Assembly: GCA_047456305.1 (NCBI GenBank)
Contig: CP179888.1
Coordinates: forward strand, 1,690 to 65,689
Source of the DNA: Candidatus Nealsonbacteria bacterium
GTDB lineage: Bacteria; Patescibacteriota; Minisyncoccia; Minisyncoccales; CAZKCU01
Length of the DNA stretch: 64,000 nucleotides
Direction of reading: 5' to 3'
Shown: positions 42,390 through 51,644 of the stretch, piece by piece
Layout: each line of letters begins with the position of its first letter
Numbering within the stretch: position 1 is the stretch's first letter
The notes under the pieces: generated by a model
Seen by the model: only the letters and a program-made list of their open reading frames with translations
Databases searched by the model: none
What the model was told of the DNA's origin: nothing
Program-made: the position numbers and the translations under genes

Positions 42390-43556
42390 CTACTCCGAAA
42401 CCTTAAAAGTAGAAAGTATTTTATCATACAGCGCTCTATTATCTTGGTTGTCCACATCTAACATACTAATGCTAAAGACTTTATCATTCTTTATAAAGTA
42501 AATATCTTCTTGAGACCAAGCCATGGGTGATTTAGGAGTATAAACTTTTACAGCTGGTATGCCGTCTATTTCTGTATTTATCTCATCGGGAATATCTTCG
42601 TAGTATGAGTAATTTTCCTTAACCCAACTAACAAGGTCTGTTCCCGCAGGCGGACTATAATAATCAACATAAACAGAATGGAAAACAACAAATGAAGCAC
42701 CGGTTAAATCAGATTTTGTGCCAGTAAAAGTTCCCAAAGATACCTCGTCTGGATTTTCAGCATTGAAGTAGCACAAACATTCTCTGGGTCTTTCTTCTGG
42801 TGGACTTTGCTTGCAATAACCTGGCAAAGGACCAAAAAGACAATTTTCAGGATATTTCAAAGAATATCCATATTTTTCATTCGTATAATTATTCCAATCA
42901 GCGGTTAGGTCTATGGTTATCTCTAACTTCCCGCATTTCACTGTTACATCTTTGATATCAGGTTCTTGCGGAGTAGACCCTCCAGAAACAGTACAAACAA
43001 TCTGGTCTTTTTTATATCCCACTAATCCAGTAAAGAGGCCGTCAGCTATATTGTAAAGATCTAGCTCAAAACCTCTATCTATCAAAAAAGACTCAACGCT
43101 GTCATACTGCTCGCTTGACATGCGTGTAGCTTTAAATCCTTTTCCTTCTATATCCACTTCTTCTACTTTTGGATCTACTTTAACCACCCATTTCAATTCA
43201 ACTGGTTGTATCTCTGAAAAATCTATCCCGGTTTCTTGTTTGAGGTCTTCTAAAAGAACTGAAACTTCATCTAAAGATACGCATTCGCTTCCATTAAAGC
43301 ATTTATCAGGTCCGCAATCGCAAATCTTTACCTGATGACTATTATCTGGTGAACAACCACAAGGACCAATAAGGCACAAGTTAGGAAAATCACCAGTTGC
43401 TTTACAACACAATGATATTGATACTTGCCCTCCAGAGTCTACGCAAGTTTGTTCTTTTCCGCTTAACTCTTCGGGTGTTATCGTTGACTGATAAATCCAG
43501 TAACCTAATCCTACAATAACGATTATAATAATGATTGCAATTATTATTTTTGACAT
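42390..43556 (-). CDS. membrane-anchored/secreted protein with Cys-rich N-terminal region
   Basis: N-terminal TM segment IIIAIIIIIVIVGLGYWIY, then a cluster of about 12 Cys. 388 aa. Confidence 0.5.
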   Translation of the reverse strand: MSKIIIAIIIIIVIVGLGYWIYQSTITPEELSGKEQTCVDSGGQVSISLCCKATGDFPNLCLIGPCGCSPDNSHQVKICDCGPDKCFNGSECVSLDEVSVLLEDLKQETGIDFSEIQPVELKWVVKVDPKVEEVDIEGKGFKATRMSSEQYDSVESFLIDRGFELDLYNIADGLFTGLVGYKKDQIVCTVSGGSTPQEPDIKDVTVKCGKLEITIDLTADWNNYTNEKYGYSLKYPENCLFGPLPGYCKQSPPEERPRECLCYFNAENPDEVSLGTFTGTKSDLTGASFVVFHSVYVDYYSPPAGTDLVSWVKENYSYYEDIPDEINTEIDGIPAVKVYTPKSPMAWSQEDIYFIKNDKVFSISMLDVDNQDNRALYDKILSTFKVSE

Positions 43557-43599
43557 ATTGTTTTTTAATTAAAGTTATTTACTACGACCTTTCATTTCC

Positions 43600-43634
43600 A
43601 TTCTACCAAAAAACTGCCTGATTGGCGATTTTTT
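43600..43634 (-). promoter_or_regulatory. P-box, 43 nt upstream of the ATG at 43556
   Basis: The minus strand reads AAAAAATCGCCAATCAGGCAGTTTTTTGGTAGAAT. Confidence 0.45.
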
Positions 43635-43700
43635 GATGGCTCGCACCGATACATTAAAAGCGTCCAGGTGCTGGCGAACGATGTAAGAAGCTGGGTTAAA

Positions 43701-43744
43701 TGAAAAAGGCGAGGTATTAGCGAATCTTACGATTCTTCCTCGCC
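43701..43744 (-). terminator. intrinsic terminator
   Basis: Stem GGCGAGG/CCTCGCC (43708-43744). TTTTTCATTT follows on the minus strand. Confidence 0.5.
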
Positions 43745-43804
43745 TGCTGCATAAACAGGAGGGTAGAAGTTGCTGTGGACTTCATATTTAGTTAGAATGA
43801 AATA

Positions 43805-43954
43805 TCAGTGTGAGCGTTTGAGTATCTTCTTTATAGTCTTCTTTATCCAGTTAAAGGGATCAGGAGTTGACAATGCCTGTTTCTCCCAGCAATCAGGATA
43901 GGGGCATTCCCTTGGTGGATAGCCATGTGAACAAAGGAATTCTGGACTCGCCAT
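43805..43954 (-). CDS. 49-aa Cys-containing protein (below the ORF-track cutoff)
   Basis: Hand translation gives MASPEFLCSHGYPPRECPYPDCWEKQALSTPDPFNWIKKTIKKILKRSH. SD AAGGAGGATGATTAA precedes the ATG. TTGACT-17-TAATAT lies upstream near 43990-44030. Confidence 0.35.
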   Translation of the reverse strand: MASPEFLCSHGYPPRECPYPDCWEKQALSTPDPFNWIKKTIKKILKRSH

Positions 43955-44180
43955 TTAATCATCCTCCTTCTTATTTTGATATTAAGAACTGTAAATTGAT
44001 ATTATCATCTTTTATAAAAAAAGTCAACTTAATTAAAACCGTCCAAAAGGGCGGTCAGAAAGCGACAATGCTCCCCCTATTGGACGCATTTAGAACTCTG
44101 GATTTGATAGGAATTAGAGAAGAGTTAGAAATTTGGATGCCCAATTTAACAAAGGGCGGACAGTGTTAGAACCCGGTTTT

Positions 44181-44211
44181 ATAAAAAATCAAGCCCGAGA
44201 ATGGGCTTGAT
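44181..44211 (-). terminator. intrinsic terminator of csp copy 1
   Basis: Stem ATCAAGCCC/GGGCTTGAT. A T-run follows on the minus strand. Confidence 0.65.
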
Positions 44212-44242
44212 TTTCATCTATCTGATTTTGCTGAGTTAATTC

Positions 44243-44440
44243 TTAAATGCGAGTTACGTTTGTTGCGTTGGGTCCTTTTTCAGAATCAGCCTTCTCAAAA
44301 GACACCCTGTCGCCTACTTTTAACTCTTCGTAATTTACGCCCTTAAGTTCATTTTTGTGAAAAAACAAATCTTTTTCTTCACCATCAACGGTAATAAATC
44401 CAAATCCTTTATCTGTAAGGTTTTTAATTGTTCCTTCCAT
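44243..44440 (-). CDS. cspA: cold-shock protein (CspA family), copy 1
   Basis: GTIKNLTDKGFGFITVDGEEKDLFFH carries the RNP1/RNP2-type motifs. 65 aa. Confidence 0.9.
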   Translation of the reverse strand: MEGTIKNLTDKGFGFITVDGEEKDLFFHKNELKGVNYEELKVGDRVSFEKADSEKGPNATNVTRI

Positions 44441-44930
44441 GATTATAGTTAAATATAGATTAATTTAATTAATGTTTTAAGGTTTTATCCTAAAGTTTAG
44501 TTCCCTGAATAAACTCGACTAAATTTTTATTAGACAACTATCTTATTCGAAGAAGATTCCTTCTTCTCAACCTTCGCTCGGCTTCGCCTCGCTCGGGTAT
44601 GTAAATAAGATTAACATTTAAAAAACAATTCGTCAACCTAAAAAATTAAGGCTTGAAAAATCGTGGCTTGGCGATTTTTGGGTGTCTGTTTTAATAAATA
44701 ATTAAACCTATTTAGTAGGATTTTCTTAATTTTTTCTTATCGTTCACTTTTTCTTTGGTTGTTTTCTCCTTCGTTTTTTTAACTTCCTATTAAGTCTTTT
44801 TTGGTTATGCCATCCTATACCCATGTTTTTTTTACTTTTTACTTTTATTAGTTATATTATGACCTTTTATTTATTTTATCAAAAAACCGCTTTCTTGGTG
44901 AGGCGGCATTCCACAAATAGAGAATATTGA

Positions 44931-45173
44931 TTACTCTTTGTATGGAAGAACTTTTAGTGCTTTTTTAACATCATTCTCAGGAACTAAAAGAAAAACTCCT
45001 TTAGGAGGAGGAACGGCTGAAGAACCAAAAATACCAGATGCTTCACTTTTTATCAAAACAGAAATACCATGTTTTTTAAGTATTGTAGCCACCATTTCTG
45101 CCTCGGGGCGTGAAGCATAGTTTGCTATCTTCTTAAATTTAATGGGTGAGTTCTTTTTATTTTCCTTTTTCAC
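44931..45173 (-). CDS. DUF2007-like small protein (putative signal-transducing protein fold)
   Basis: RPEAEMVATILKKHGISVLIKSE... pattern. GTG start 6 nt after a TAGAAT box. Confidence 0.45.
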   Translation of the reverse strand: MKKENKKNSPIKFKKIANYASRPEAEMVATILKKHGISVLIKSEASGIFGSSAVPPPKGVFLLVPENDVKKALKVLPYKE

Positions 45174-45179
45174 ATTCTA

Positions 45180-45214
45180 ATTCTACCAAAAAACCACCTT
45201 CTTGGCGATTTTTT
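45180..45214 (-). promoter_or_regulatory. P-box, 6 nt before the GTG at 45173
   Basis: The minus strand reads AAAAAATCGCCAAGAAGGTGGTTTTTTGGTAGAAT TAGAAT GTG. Confidence 0.5.
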
Positions 45215-45220
45215 ATATTT

Positions 45221-46546
45221 CTACAAAAAATACCTCATCATCAAGGAAGCAACACTAAAATAGATAACTAAAGTAACTATGTCACTAATAATAGTAGCAA
45301 AAGGGCCTGCTGCTAAAGCAGGATCAATATTTAGTTTTTTCAACAAAAAAGGAAGAGAGGTGGCGAAAAATGTAACAACCAGAATACCCAGAAACATGGA
45401 AATACCAATAATTAAACCAAATAGAGGAGGGCCCCAACCCAAGGCTACAGCCAGGGAAATAATGGTTCCACAAATTATTGCAATAGCGAAACCTATTTTT
45501 AACTCCCTCAGAAAGTACTTTTTTATTCGAAATTTCGGTTCTAAAGCCATAGCTCTTATTGTAATAGTTTCTGATTGAGTACCCATAGCATCGCTCATAT
45601 AGACTAATACCGGCATAAACATAGCTAAAGTTATATAAGAACTTAGAGTGTGTTCAAAAAATCCTACAATCCAAGCAGCGACAATTCCTCCCATGAGTCC
45701 AATTATAAGCCAAGGAAGCCTTGCTTTAACCATTAGATTAGCTGGAACACCCACTAAACTATCTACCGGAGTGGTACCAGACATAAGGGCTATATCTTCA
45801 CTGGCTTCCTCTTCCATAACCTCCATAGCATCGTCTGCTGTTACTATTCCCAAAATCTTATCTTCTTTATCTACAACTGGAAGGGCAAGCAAATTGTAAT
45901 CTGTAATGAGATTTGCCGCTCTTTCCTGATCTGTCTTCGGAAGAACCTTTATTACTTCTGCCTGCATTATATATTTGAGTTTTTCTTTTGGATTAGCGAG
46001 AATGAGTTGTCTTAAGGATAAAACCCCCACCAATCTCCTTTTATCATCAACTATATAAACATGATAAACAGGATGGTCTTTAGCTTTTTCCCTAATATAT
46101 CTTATTGTTTCTTGAACAGAAATTTCCTCATTTAAAGCTATAAACTCAGTAGTCATTAAACCTCCAGCTGTTTTGGGGGGATATTTTAATAAAAATGTCA
46201 CCTCTTCTATTTTCTCTTTGCTAAATTCTCTTAAAATCTCTGTTCTTTTTTTAACCGGAATATTTTGAAGGATGTCAACTATTTCATCTGATGGAATTTT
46301 GGAAAGTAATTCAGCAGCCTTTTGAGATGTTAAAGAACCAATGAATCCCCCCTTCACCTCTTCTGATAATTCTGGCAGTAGTTTCACAAGCATCTTGAAA
46401 GATAATTGTGACAATATTTTATTTCTCGTCCCTTTTTGGGTTTCTTCCAAAACCAAAGAAAAATCATGGGGAGGAAATTTTATACCTATCTCTCCCATTT
46501 CCTTCCAACCTTTCTTCTGTATTAATTTTCTCAGTTTCTCCAACAT
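45221..46546 (-). CDS. mgtE: magnesium transporter MgtE
   Basis: N-terminal MgtE_N helices, a CBS pair and a C-terminal 5-TM domain (..PVLVYMSDAMGTQS..DPALAAGPFATIISD). Confidence 0.9.
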   Translation of the reverse strand: MLEKLRKLIQKKGWKEMGEIGIKFPPHDFSLVLEETQKGTRNKILSQLSFKMLVKLLPELSEEVKGGFIGSLTSQKAAELLSKIPSDEIVDILQNIPVKKRTEILREFSKEKIEEVTFLLKYPPKTAGGLMTTEFIALNEEISVQETIRYIREKAKDHPVYHVYIVDDKRRLVGVLSLRQLILANPKEKLKYIMQAEVIKVLPKTDQERAANLITDYNLLALPVVDKEDKILGIVTADDAMEVMEEEASEDIALMSGTTPVDSLVGVPANLMVKARLPWLIIGLMGGIVAAWIVGFFEHTLSSYITLAMFMPVLVYMSDAMGTQSETITIRAMALEPKFRIKKYFLRELKIGFAIAIICGTIISLAVALGWGPPLFGLIIGISMFLGILVVTFFATSLPFLLKKLNIDPALAAGPFATIISDIVTLVIYFSVASLMMRYFL

Positions 46547-46814
46547 AGAATTTATTTTTTCTTGTTTTTGATTCGCCGGTGTTCAAGACGGGTGGCTAAA
46601 CCCCAAAACCGGCGAATTTGCCTGGTAATTTTAACTGATTTTTTCTTAAATAAAGTCCGGGGAGGCCGTTTTTTGGGCAGGTCTTTTATCTTATATTTCT
46701 TCATTATTTTAATTTAACTTATTTTTGGCTTTTTATCAATCTTGAAAATTTTTGATAGAAAATAAAAAAACAACCTACCAAAAAGACGGGCTGCTTAAAA
46801 TTTTGTTATAAATT

Positions 46815-46937
46815 TTATTTATGCTTTCTTTTGCTTGCCTTAGCTTTAAGCATAAGCCGCTTTATTTCCAATCGTTTCTTGGTTTTATGAGAATGTGATT
46901 TCTTATGCTTTCCGACTCCTGTACTTCTTTTTGCCAT
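46815..46937 (-). CDS. 40-aa highly basic peptide (below the ORF-track cutoff)
   Basis: Hand translation gives MAKRSTGVGKHKKSHSHKTKKRLEIKRLMLKAKASKRKHK. TAAAAT lies 6 nt before the ATG. Composition is ribosomal-protein-like but no family was recognised. Confidence 0.3.
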   Translation of the reverse strand: MAKRSTGVGKHKKSHSHKTKKRLEIKRLMLKAKASKRKHK

Positions 46938-47076
46938 ATAAGTATTTTATTAATATGAATTAATTTGACTCCTTATTTAAGACTATATAATATAAGGCAG
47001 AAACAATCAATCTTAATTAAAAAAAGCCTCCTTGGCGATTTTTATTGGCTTCCCCTGTTGTGATTTTTTATAATTC

Positions 47077-47295
47077 TTAAATTTTTTGGGTTTTCTTAAT
47101 ATTTTCTTTTTCTTTAGAACTTAAAGAAGTAAGCCATAAAATAAACGGCCTGCGAAGTTTATCTAAAGACCAATCATCGTCTTTAAAAAGCGAAGTTTTC
47201 TCTATCCTAAAACGTGAAAGCAAAGACGTTGTCGCCTGCAGGTTTAAGGGAGATAGTTTATTATGTTCTGATAAAAATCGCTGTTTTTTAGTCAT
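47077..47295 (-). CDS. hypothetical protein
   Basis: ATG at 47295 (MTKKQRFLSEHNK...) lies inside the track ORF. Confidence 0.3.
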   Translation of the reverse strand: MTKKQRFLSEHNKLSPLNLQATTSLLSRFRIEKTSLFKDDDWSLDKLRRPFILWLTSLSSKEKENIKKTQKI

Positions 47296-47414
47296 TTGCC
47301 AAGCTTTTGCGCGCAAAAGCGAAGTGAAATAAAAGCAACTCTACTCTCAACTTCTACTTTATATAATACGCTTATTTTTTTAAAAAAGCAATCCTTATAA
47401 ATTATTTTGATCCG

Positions 47415-47455
47415 CATTAAAATCAAATCCCGCTTCACGCGGGATTTGATTTTCA
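47415..47455 (-). terminator. intrinsic terminator of csp copy 2
   Basis: Stem AATCAAATCCCGC/GCGGGATTTGATT. Confidence 0.65.
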
Positions 47456-47481
47456 TTTATTTGATCTTACTGAATTAATTC

Positions 47482-47679
47482 TTAAAGGCGAGTTACGTTT
47501 GTTGCGTTGGGTCCTTTTTCAGAATCGGTCTTTTCAAAAGACACTCTATCACCTACTTTTAACTCTTCGTAACTTACATCCTTAAGTTCATTCTTGTGAA
47601 AAAATAAATCTTTCTCTTCGCCATCAACGGTAATAAATCCGAATCCTTTTTCTGTAAGAGTTTTAATTGTTCCTTCCAT
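47482..47679 (-). CDS. cspA: cold-shock protein (CspA family), copy 2
   Basis: Differs from copy 1 at only a few residues. The flanking 5' leader is also duplicated. Confidence 0.9.
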   Translation of the reverse strand: MEGTIKTLTEKGFGFITVDGEEKDLFFHKNELKDVSYEELKVGDRVSFEKTDSEKGPNATNVTRL

Positions 47680-47845
47680 ATTATAGTTAAATATGAATTA
47701 ACTTAATTAATGTTTTAAGGTTTTATCCTAAAGTTTAGTTCTCCGAATAAACTCGACTAAATTTTTATTAGACAACTATCTTATGTAAATAAGATTAACA
47801 TTTAAAAGTTGACCAGTCAACCTAGAGAAATTAAGGTTTGAGATT

Positions 47846-47907
47846 CTGCTCCGGCGGCAGGACTCGAACCCGTCTCGGTCGCCCAGAACCGAGCACTAGC
47901 CTGCTCC
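47846..47907 (-). repeat. tRNA 3'-end-like fragment fused to an S hairpin module
   Basis: The minus strand reads CCGGAGCAGGCTAGTGCTCGGTTCTGGGCGACCGAGACGGGTTCGAGTCCTGCCGCCGGAGCAG. No D or anticodon arm is present. Confidence 0.55.
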
Positions 47908-48021
47908 GGAAAGAAAATATCATCAAACCTTTTCAATAACCCTGCCGAATTTAATCCACCAATCCAAGAAAAAGAATTTACGCTGACTCCTCCCCTACCC
48001 TGATTCCGTTGCTTAGGGTTC

Positions 48022-48771
48022 TTATTCTCCTTTAATTTTTTTTACAAGTCCCATCAGCTCGACCGGAAACAAAATTGTGGTATTGGGTTCTTTGGCAGCT
48101 TCCGCTAATGTCTCAAGGTACCTTAAGGTAATAGGGTCAGCGCTTAAAATTTCTCCAGCCTCTTTCAGTTTTTGAGCAGCCAGATATTCACCATCAGCTA
48201 AAATAATTTTAGCCCTTTTCATTCTTTCTGCTTCAGCCTGCTTGGCAATAGCTCTTTGCATTGCTTCGGGAATTTCCACATGCTTTACTTCCACGGCTGT
48301 CACTTTTATCCCCCAAGGATCAGTGGCTCGATCAATAATGTCGTGGAGTTTTCGATTAATCTTTTCTCGTTCAGCTAAAAGCTCATCTAAGGTTGAAGCC
48401 CCAACCACTCCCCGCAAAGAGGTTTGAGAATTCTGGGAAGTAGCCATCATATAATCTTCTACTTCGATGATTGCTTTTCCCGGATCAGAAATCTTGAAGT
48501 ACAAAACAGCATCAACTTTTATGGGAATGTTGTCTTTAGTAATCACTTCTTGGGCCGGGACATCGAGAGTTAAAATTCTTAGATCTATTTTAATCATCTT
48601 GTCGATAATGGGGATTATTAGGAATAACCCGGGACCTCTAATTCCAGCAAATCTTCCCAACCTAAAAATCACTCCTCTTTCATATTCTCGAGTAATCTTT
48701 ACTGCCTGAGGCAGAATTATCAAGGCGATGATAATTACCCCTACCCAACTGAAAAGTAAATTTGCTAACAT
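48022..48771 (-). CDS. SPFH/band-7 (stomatin-like) membrane protein
   Basis: N-terminal TM segment, then an SPFH core (EYERGVIFRLGR...TKDN..I.VDAV..) and a coiled-coil AEAERMKRAKI. Confidence 0.85.
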   Translation of the reverse strand: MLANLLFSWVGVIIIALIILPQAVKITREYERGVIFRLGRFAGIRGPGLFLIIPIIDKMIKIDLRILTLDVPAQEVITKDNIPIKVDAVLYFKISDPGKAIIEVEDYMMATSQNSQTSLRGVVGASTLDELLAEREKINRKLHDIIDRATDPWGIKVTAVEVKHVEIPEAMQRAIAKQAEAERMKRAKIILADGEYLAAQKLKEAGEILSADPITLRYLETLAEAAKEPNTTILFPVELMGLVKKIKGE

Positions 48772-48798
48772 AATAATTTAGAATTTATGATTTCGAAT

Positions 48799-50085
48799 TT
48801 ATATTTTTTTCACTATGAGGGTGTTTCCCTCAACTTTTACTATCTCGACCTTTAACTTTTTGGGAATTATTTTTTTATCAAAACTTTCAGCTGACCAAAT
48901 TTCTCCTTTAATCTTAACCTGCCCCAAAGGATTAAGGATTTTAACAACTTCAGCTTGAAGTCCAATCAGGGCCTCGGGTCCAGTTTTTGGTTTGACTCTA
49001 AGTGTTTTGGCTACTCCTCTACCTATAATAACAAAAAAGATACAAATAGATAGGACCGCTCCAATAACTACCATGGTCATTGCCTCAAAGAAACCAGGAG
49101 TTAAAAATGGTTCGGCCTCAAAGGTGAAAATTCCTAAAACAATAGCGATTGCTCCCCCAATGCCAAAAATACCAAAACCTGGTTCAACAAAAATCTCCAT
49201 CATTAAAAGAAAAAGGCCGAGTAAAATTAAACCAATTCCTAAAAAACTAAAAGTAATTACCCCCATTCCCCAAAGGCCGATTAAAAGGGCTATTATTCCA
49301 ATAATACCACTTATTTCAAATTCCCCTGCCCGAATGGCCATAATAATTGCCAGCCCGCCAATAGTCAAAAGAAAAGATACCAAATAAGGATGAGAAAGAA
49401 AATCAAAAAATTTTTCAGAAAAACTAGGCTTAATTTCTCTTATTTTAGGCCCTGAAATATTAAGTTTTAAAAAAAGTTCATCTAAGGTTTTTGCTGTCTC
49501 ATCTGCAATTCCAATTTCTTTTGCTTCTTTGCCGGTCAGAGTAAGATTTTCCCGAACAAATTTTTCAGCAACTTCGGCATTTCTCTGATGGATTTCAGCT
49601 AAACTCTTTATCCAGGAAGCTGTCCCCTCAATCATCTTTTGGTCAACTTCTATTGTTTCCCCGATTATCTGTCGCGGTTGAGCTGCTCCAATTGAAGCTT
49701 CGGGATGCAAGACAGCAAAATCTGCTGCCAGCAAAATAAAGGTGCCGGCTGAATAAGCCCAACCCCCCTCTTTGTGGACAAAAACAATAGTTTTTGTTTT
49801 AGTTTCCAGCATCGAATCAACTATATCCTTAGTTGATTTTAAAAGGCCACCGGGGGTGTCTAATTTGATTACTAAAAATTCTGCTTTTTCTTCCTCGGCC
49901 AGTTTAATTACTCTTTTTAAATATTGATGGGTCCCAGCCCTAATTTCACCCTCAATTTCAGCAAGATAGGTTAACTGGCCCTCTGGCTGACTGTTAACTT
50001 CTTGTAACGGTAACAAGAGATTAAAGAATAATAATCCTAAAATAATCAAAAAAGCTAATTTTTTTAGAAATTTAATTTGGCTCAT
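48799..50085 (-). CDS. NfeD-like membrane-bound ClpP-class serine protease
   Basis: Periplasmic ClpP-like domain (IKLDTPGG...AYSAGTFI), a multi-TM block and a C-terminal NfeD OB domain. Classic pairing with the SPFH gene. Confidence 0.8.
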   Translation of the reverse strand: MSQIKFLKKLAFLIILGLLFFNLLLPLQEVNSQPEGQLTYLAEIEGEIRAGTHQYLKRVIKLAEEEKAEFLVIKLDTPGGLLKSTKDIVDSMLETKTKTIVFVHKEGGWAYSAGTFILLAADFAVLHPEASIGAAQPRQIIGETIEVDQKMIEGTASWIKSLAEIHQRNAEVAEKFVRENLTLTGKEAKEIGIADETAKTLDELFLKLNISGPKIREIKPSFSEKFFDFLSHPYLVSFLLTIGGLAIIMAIRAGEFEISGIIGIIALLIGLWGMGVITFSFLGIGLILLGLFLLMMEIFVEPGFGIFGIGGAIAIVLGIFTFEAEPFLTPGFFEAMTMVVIGAVLSICIFFVIIGRGVAKTLRVKPKTGPEALIGLQAEVVKILNPLGQVKIKGEIWSAESFDKKIIPKKLKVEIVKVEGNTLIVKKI

Positions 50086-50422
50086 TTTTATTATTTGGCT
50101 AAAAATAAAAACCCGCTTTGATCATAGCAGGTTTTTTGTTAAATAAAAATTGCCCAGCAAATGAGTTTCCTCAATTTGGCTGGGCGGCTCGGTCCCCCGA
50201 ACACCTCACTAGCCTGCTCCGGGGGACGGACGACATTCGAACCTACTGGAACACCACAAAGGAGTATTTTGAGATACCAGGCGACTTCTCCGTAATCTAA
50301 CCTTTCCCTACTAGTATGTGAGAATATCTTACAGGATAGTTATTTTGCTTACTTTGGTCTTTTTTGGTAAAATAAACAAAGAAAGGTCGCTGATATTCTA
50401 CATCTATTAAAAATAACAAAAC

Positions 50423-50989
50423 ATGATTTTTTCTCTTATTTCGCGTCTCGTTAACGGTGTAAGAGGAGGGGTTAAAGCCGGTTTGGAAGGGGTTAGTGAT
50501 ATTGGTAGTGCTATTGTTAACATTGTAAGAAATACAGCTGTCACAACATTGAAAGAAACAGGAGAATTTGTTGGCAAAGGTATCGAAGCTTCTGCCTCGA
50601 TAGTAAAAGGTGCAATTTCTGGGGTGACTGATGTTGGCGCATCGGTGGTTGGAACAATTAGTGGTATTATAAAAGGAACTGTCCGTGGTGTTATAGAAGG
50701 TGGAGGAAAACAAGAAGAGGCTGTCCGTGGAGCTATATCTCAAGCAGTATATAGTGCAAAAGAGTTAGGAATAAATATTGGTGAGGCAGCAGTCGAGGCA
50801 GTAAAAGGTTCAATTGAGGCTATCAAAGAAGTAGGTGGTGATACACTTAAAGCAACGAAGGAAGCTGTATCAGCTGCCATAGAGACCGCTGAAGATATTG
50901 GTGGTGAAACAGCAGAGGCAGTCAAAGGTTCGCTTGAGAGTAGCATCGAAGGAGCTAAAGAAATTATTGAAGCAACAAAGAAAGAATAA
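50423..50989 (+). CDS. Ala/Gly/Val/Glu-rich repetitive helical protein
   Basis: 188 aa with recurring G.[IV].A...[IV]KG.I.G / EAVKGSIEA units. The only + strand gene in a minus-strand region. The overlapping minus ORFs look like shadows. Confidence 0.5.
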   Translation: MIFSLISRLVNGVRGGVKAGLEGVSDIGSAIVNIVRNTAVTTLKETGEFVGKGIEASASIVKGAISGVTDVGASVVGTISGIIKGTVRGVIEGGGKQEEAVRGAISQAVYSAKELGINIGEAAVEAVKGSIEAIKEVGGDTLKATKEAVSAAIETAEDIGGETAEAVKGSLESSIEGAKEIIEATKKE

Positions 50990-51063
50990 TTATCATTAGG
51001 CTTTCTTCTCTCTTTTAAAATAGACACTCAATTCGAATTGGGTGTTTATTTATTTCGCTACTC

Positions 51064-51126
51064 GGCTCCGGCGGTAGGACTCGAACCAATAATGGTCTTA
51101 ACTCCTCATTGATGCGTAGTACGACG
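51064..51126 (-). repeat. R1 repeat (tRNA 3'-end-like piece + GCATCAATGAGGAG block)
   Basis: The minus strand reads CGTCGTACTACGCATCAATGAGGAGTTAAGACCATTATTGGTTCGAGTCCTACCGCCGGAGCC. Confidence 0.6.
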
Positions 51127-51176
51127 TAAAAACCGCCAAAAAAAGGCGGAATTTTCGGTCCGAGGGACGGACGATA

Positions 51177-51644
51177 TTAGAACCTATTTTCTTTATTAAT
51201 ATAGTTCTTTATAGCTTTCTCACTGGGGAAAAACATAGGTTGGGGTAAGACATACGGGTCAAACCATCTCCATTCAGTTATTTCATCAGGTTCCATAACT
51301 TTAGGCTCTCCTTCAAATTCTTCTGCAAGGAAAACTATTGTTACAAAATGAGCATCTTCAACAACATCATTAGTAACACTAACTATTTTTATTCTATCTT
51401 TGTTTATTTTAATTCCTGTTTCCTCATAAACTTCTCTGTAAGCACATCCTGGAATACCTTCTTTAAAATCGAGTTTGCCTCCAGGTAAAGTCCAAGTTCC
51501 TTCTCCATGAAGTAAGCTATCTGCTTTTTCAGGATCTTCATGTCTTTTGCCAAGTAAAAGTTTGTTATCCTTAAGAAGTATTACTCCAATCCCTACCCTT
51601 GGTTTTTTATTAAAACCTTCCATGATATTATTTTGTTTCATCAA
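51177..51644 (-). CDS. NUDIX hydrolase (MutT-like)
   Basis: Nudix box GGKLDFKEGIPGCAYREVYEETGI. Confidence 0.8.
   Translation of the reverse strand: MMKQNNIMEGFNKKPRVGIGVILLKDNKLLLGKRHEDPEKADSLLHGEGTWTLPGGKLDFKEGIPGCAYREVYEETGIKINKDRIKIVSVTNDVVEDAHFVTIVFLAEEFEGEPKVMEPDEITEWRWFDPYVLPQPMFFPSEKAIKNYINKENRF

Noticed and set aside
43867-44169. Plus-strand 100-aa ORF 43867..44169.
   Set aside because: It has no start signals and overlaps a minus-strand 49-aa ORF that has a strong SD, a promoter and a terminator. It also spans repeat-module sequence at its 3' end.
46547-46760. An M-box (Mg2+) riboswitch in the mgtE leader. A 9-bp inverted repeat TTCGCCGGT/ACCGGCGAA is present at about 46562-46612.
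   Set aside because: I could not find the conserved M-box sequence blocks by eye. Only a generic hairpin is visible. It needs an Rfam scan before any claim.
50297-51027. Minus-strand ORFs 50297..50743 and 50740..51027.
   Set aside because: Their composition (Ser/Thr/Asn/Cys/Phe runs) looks like the antisense shadow of the repetitive + strand gene 50423..50989. They have no start-site signals.
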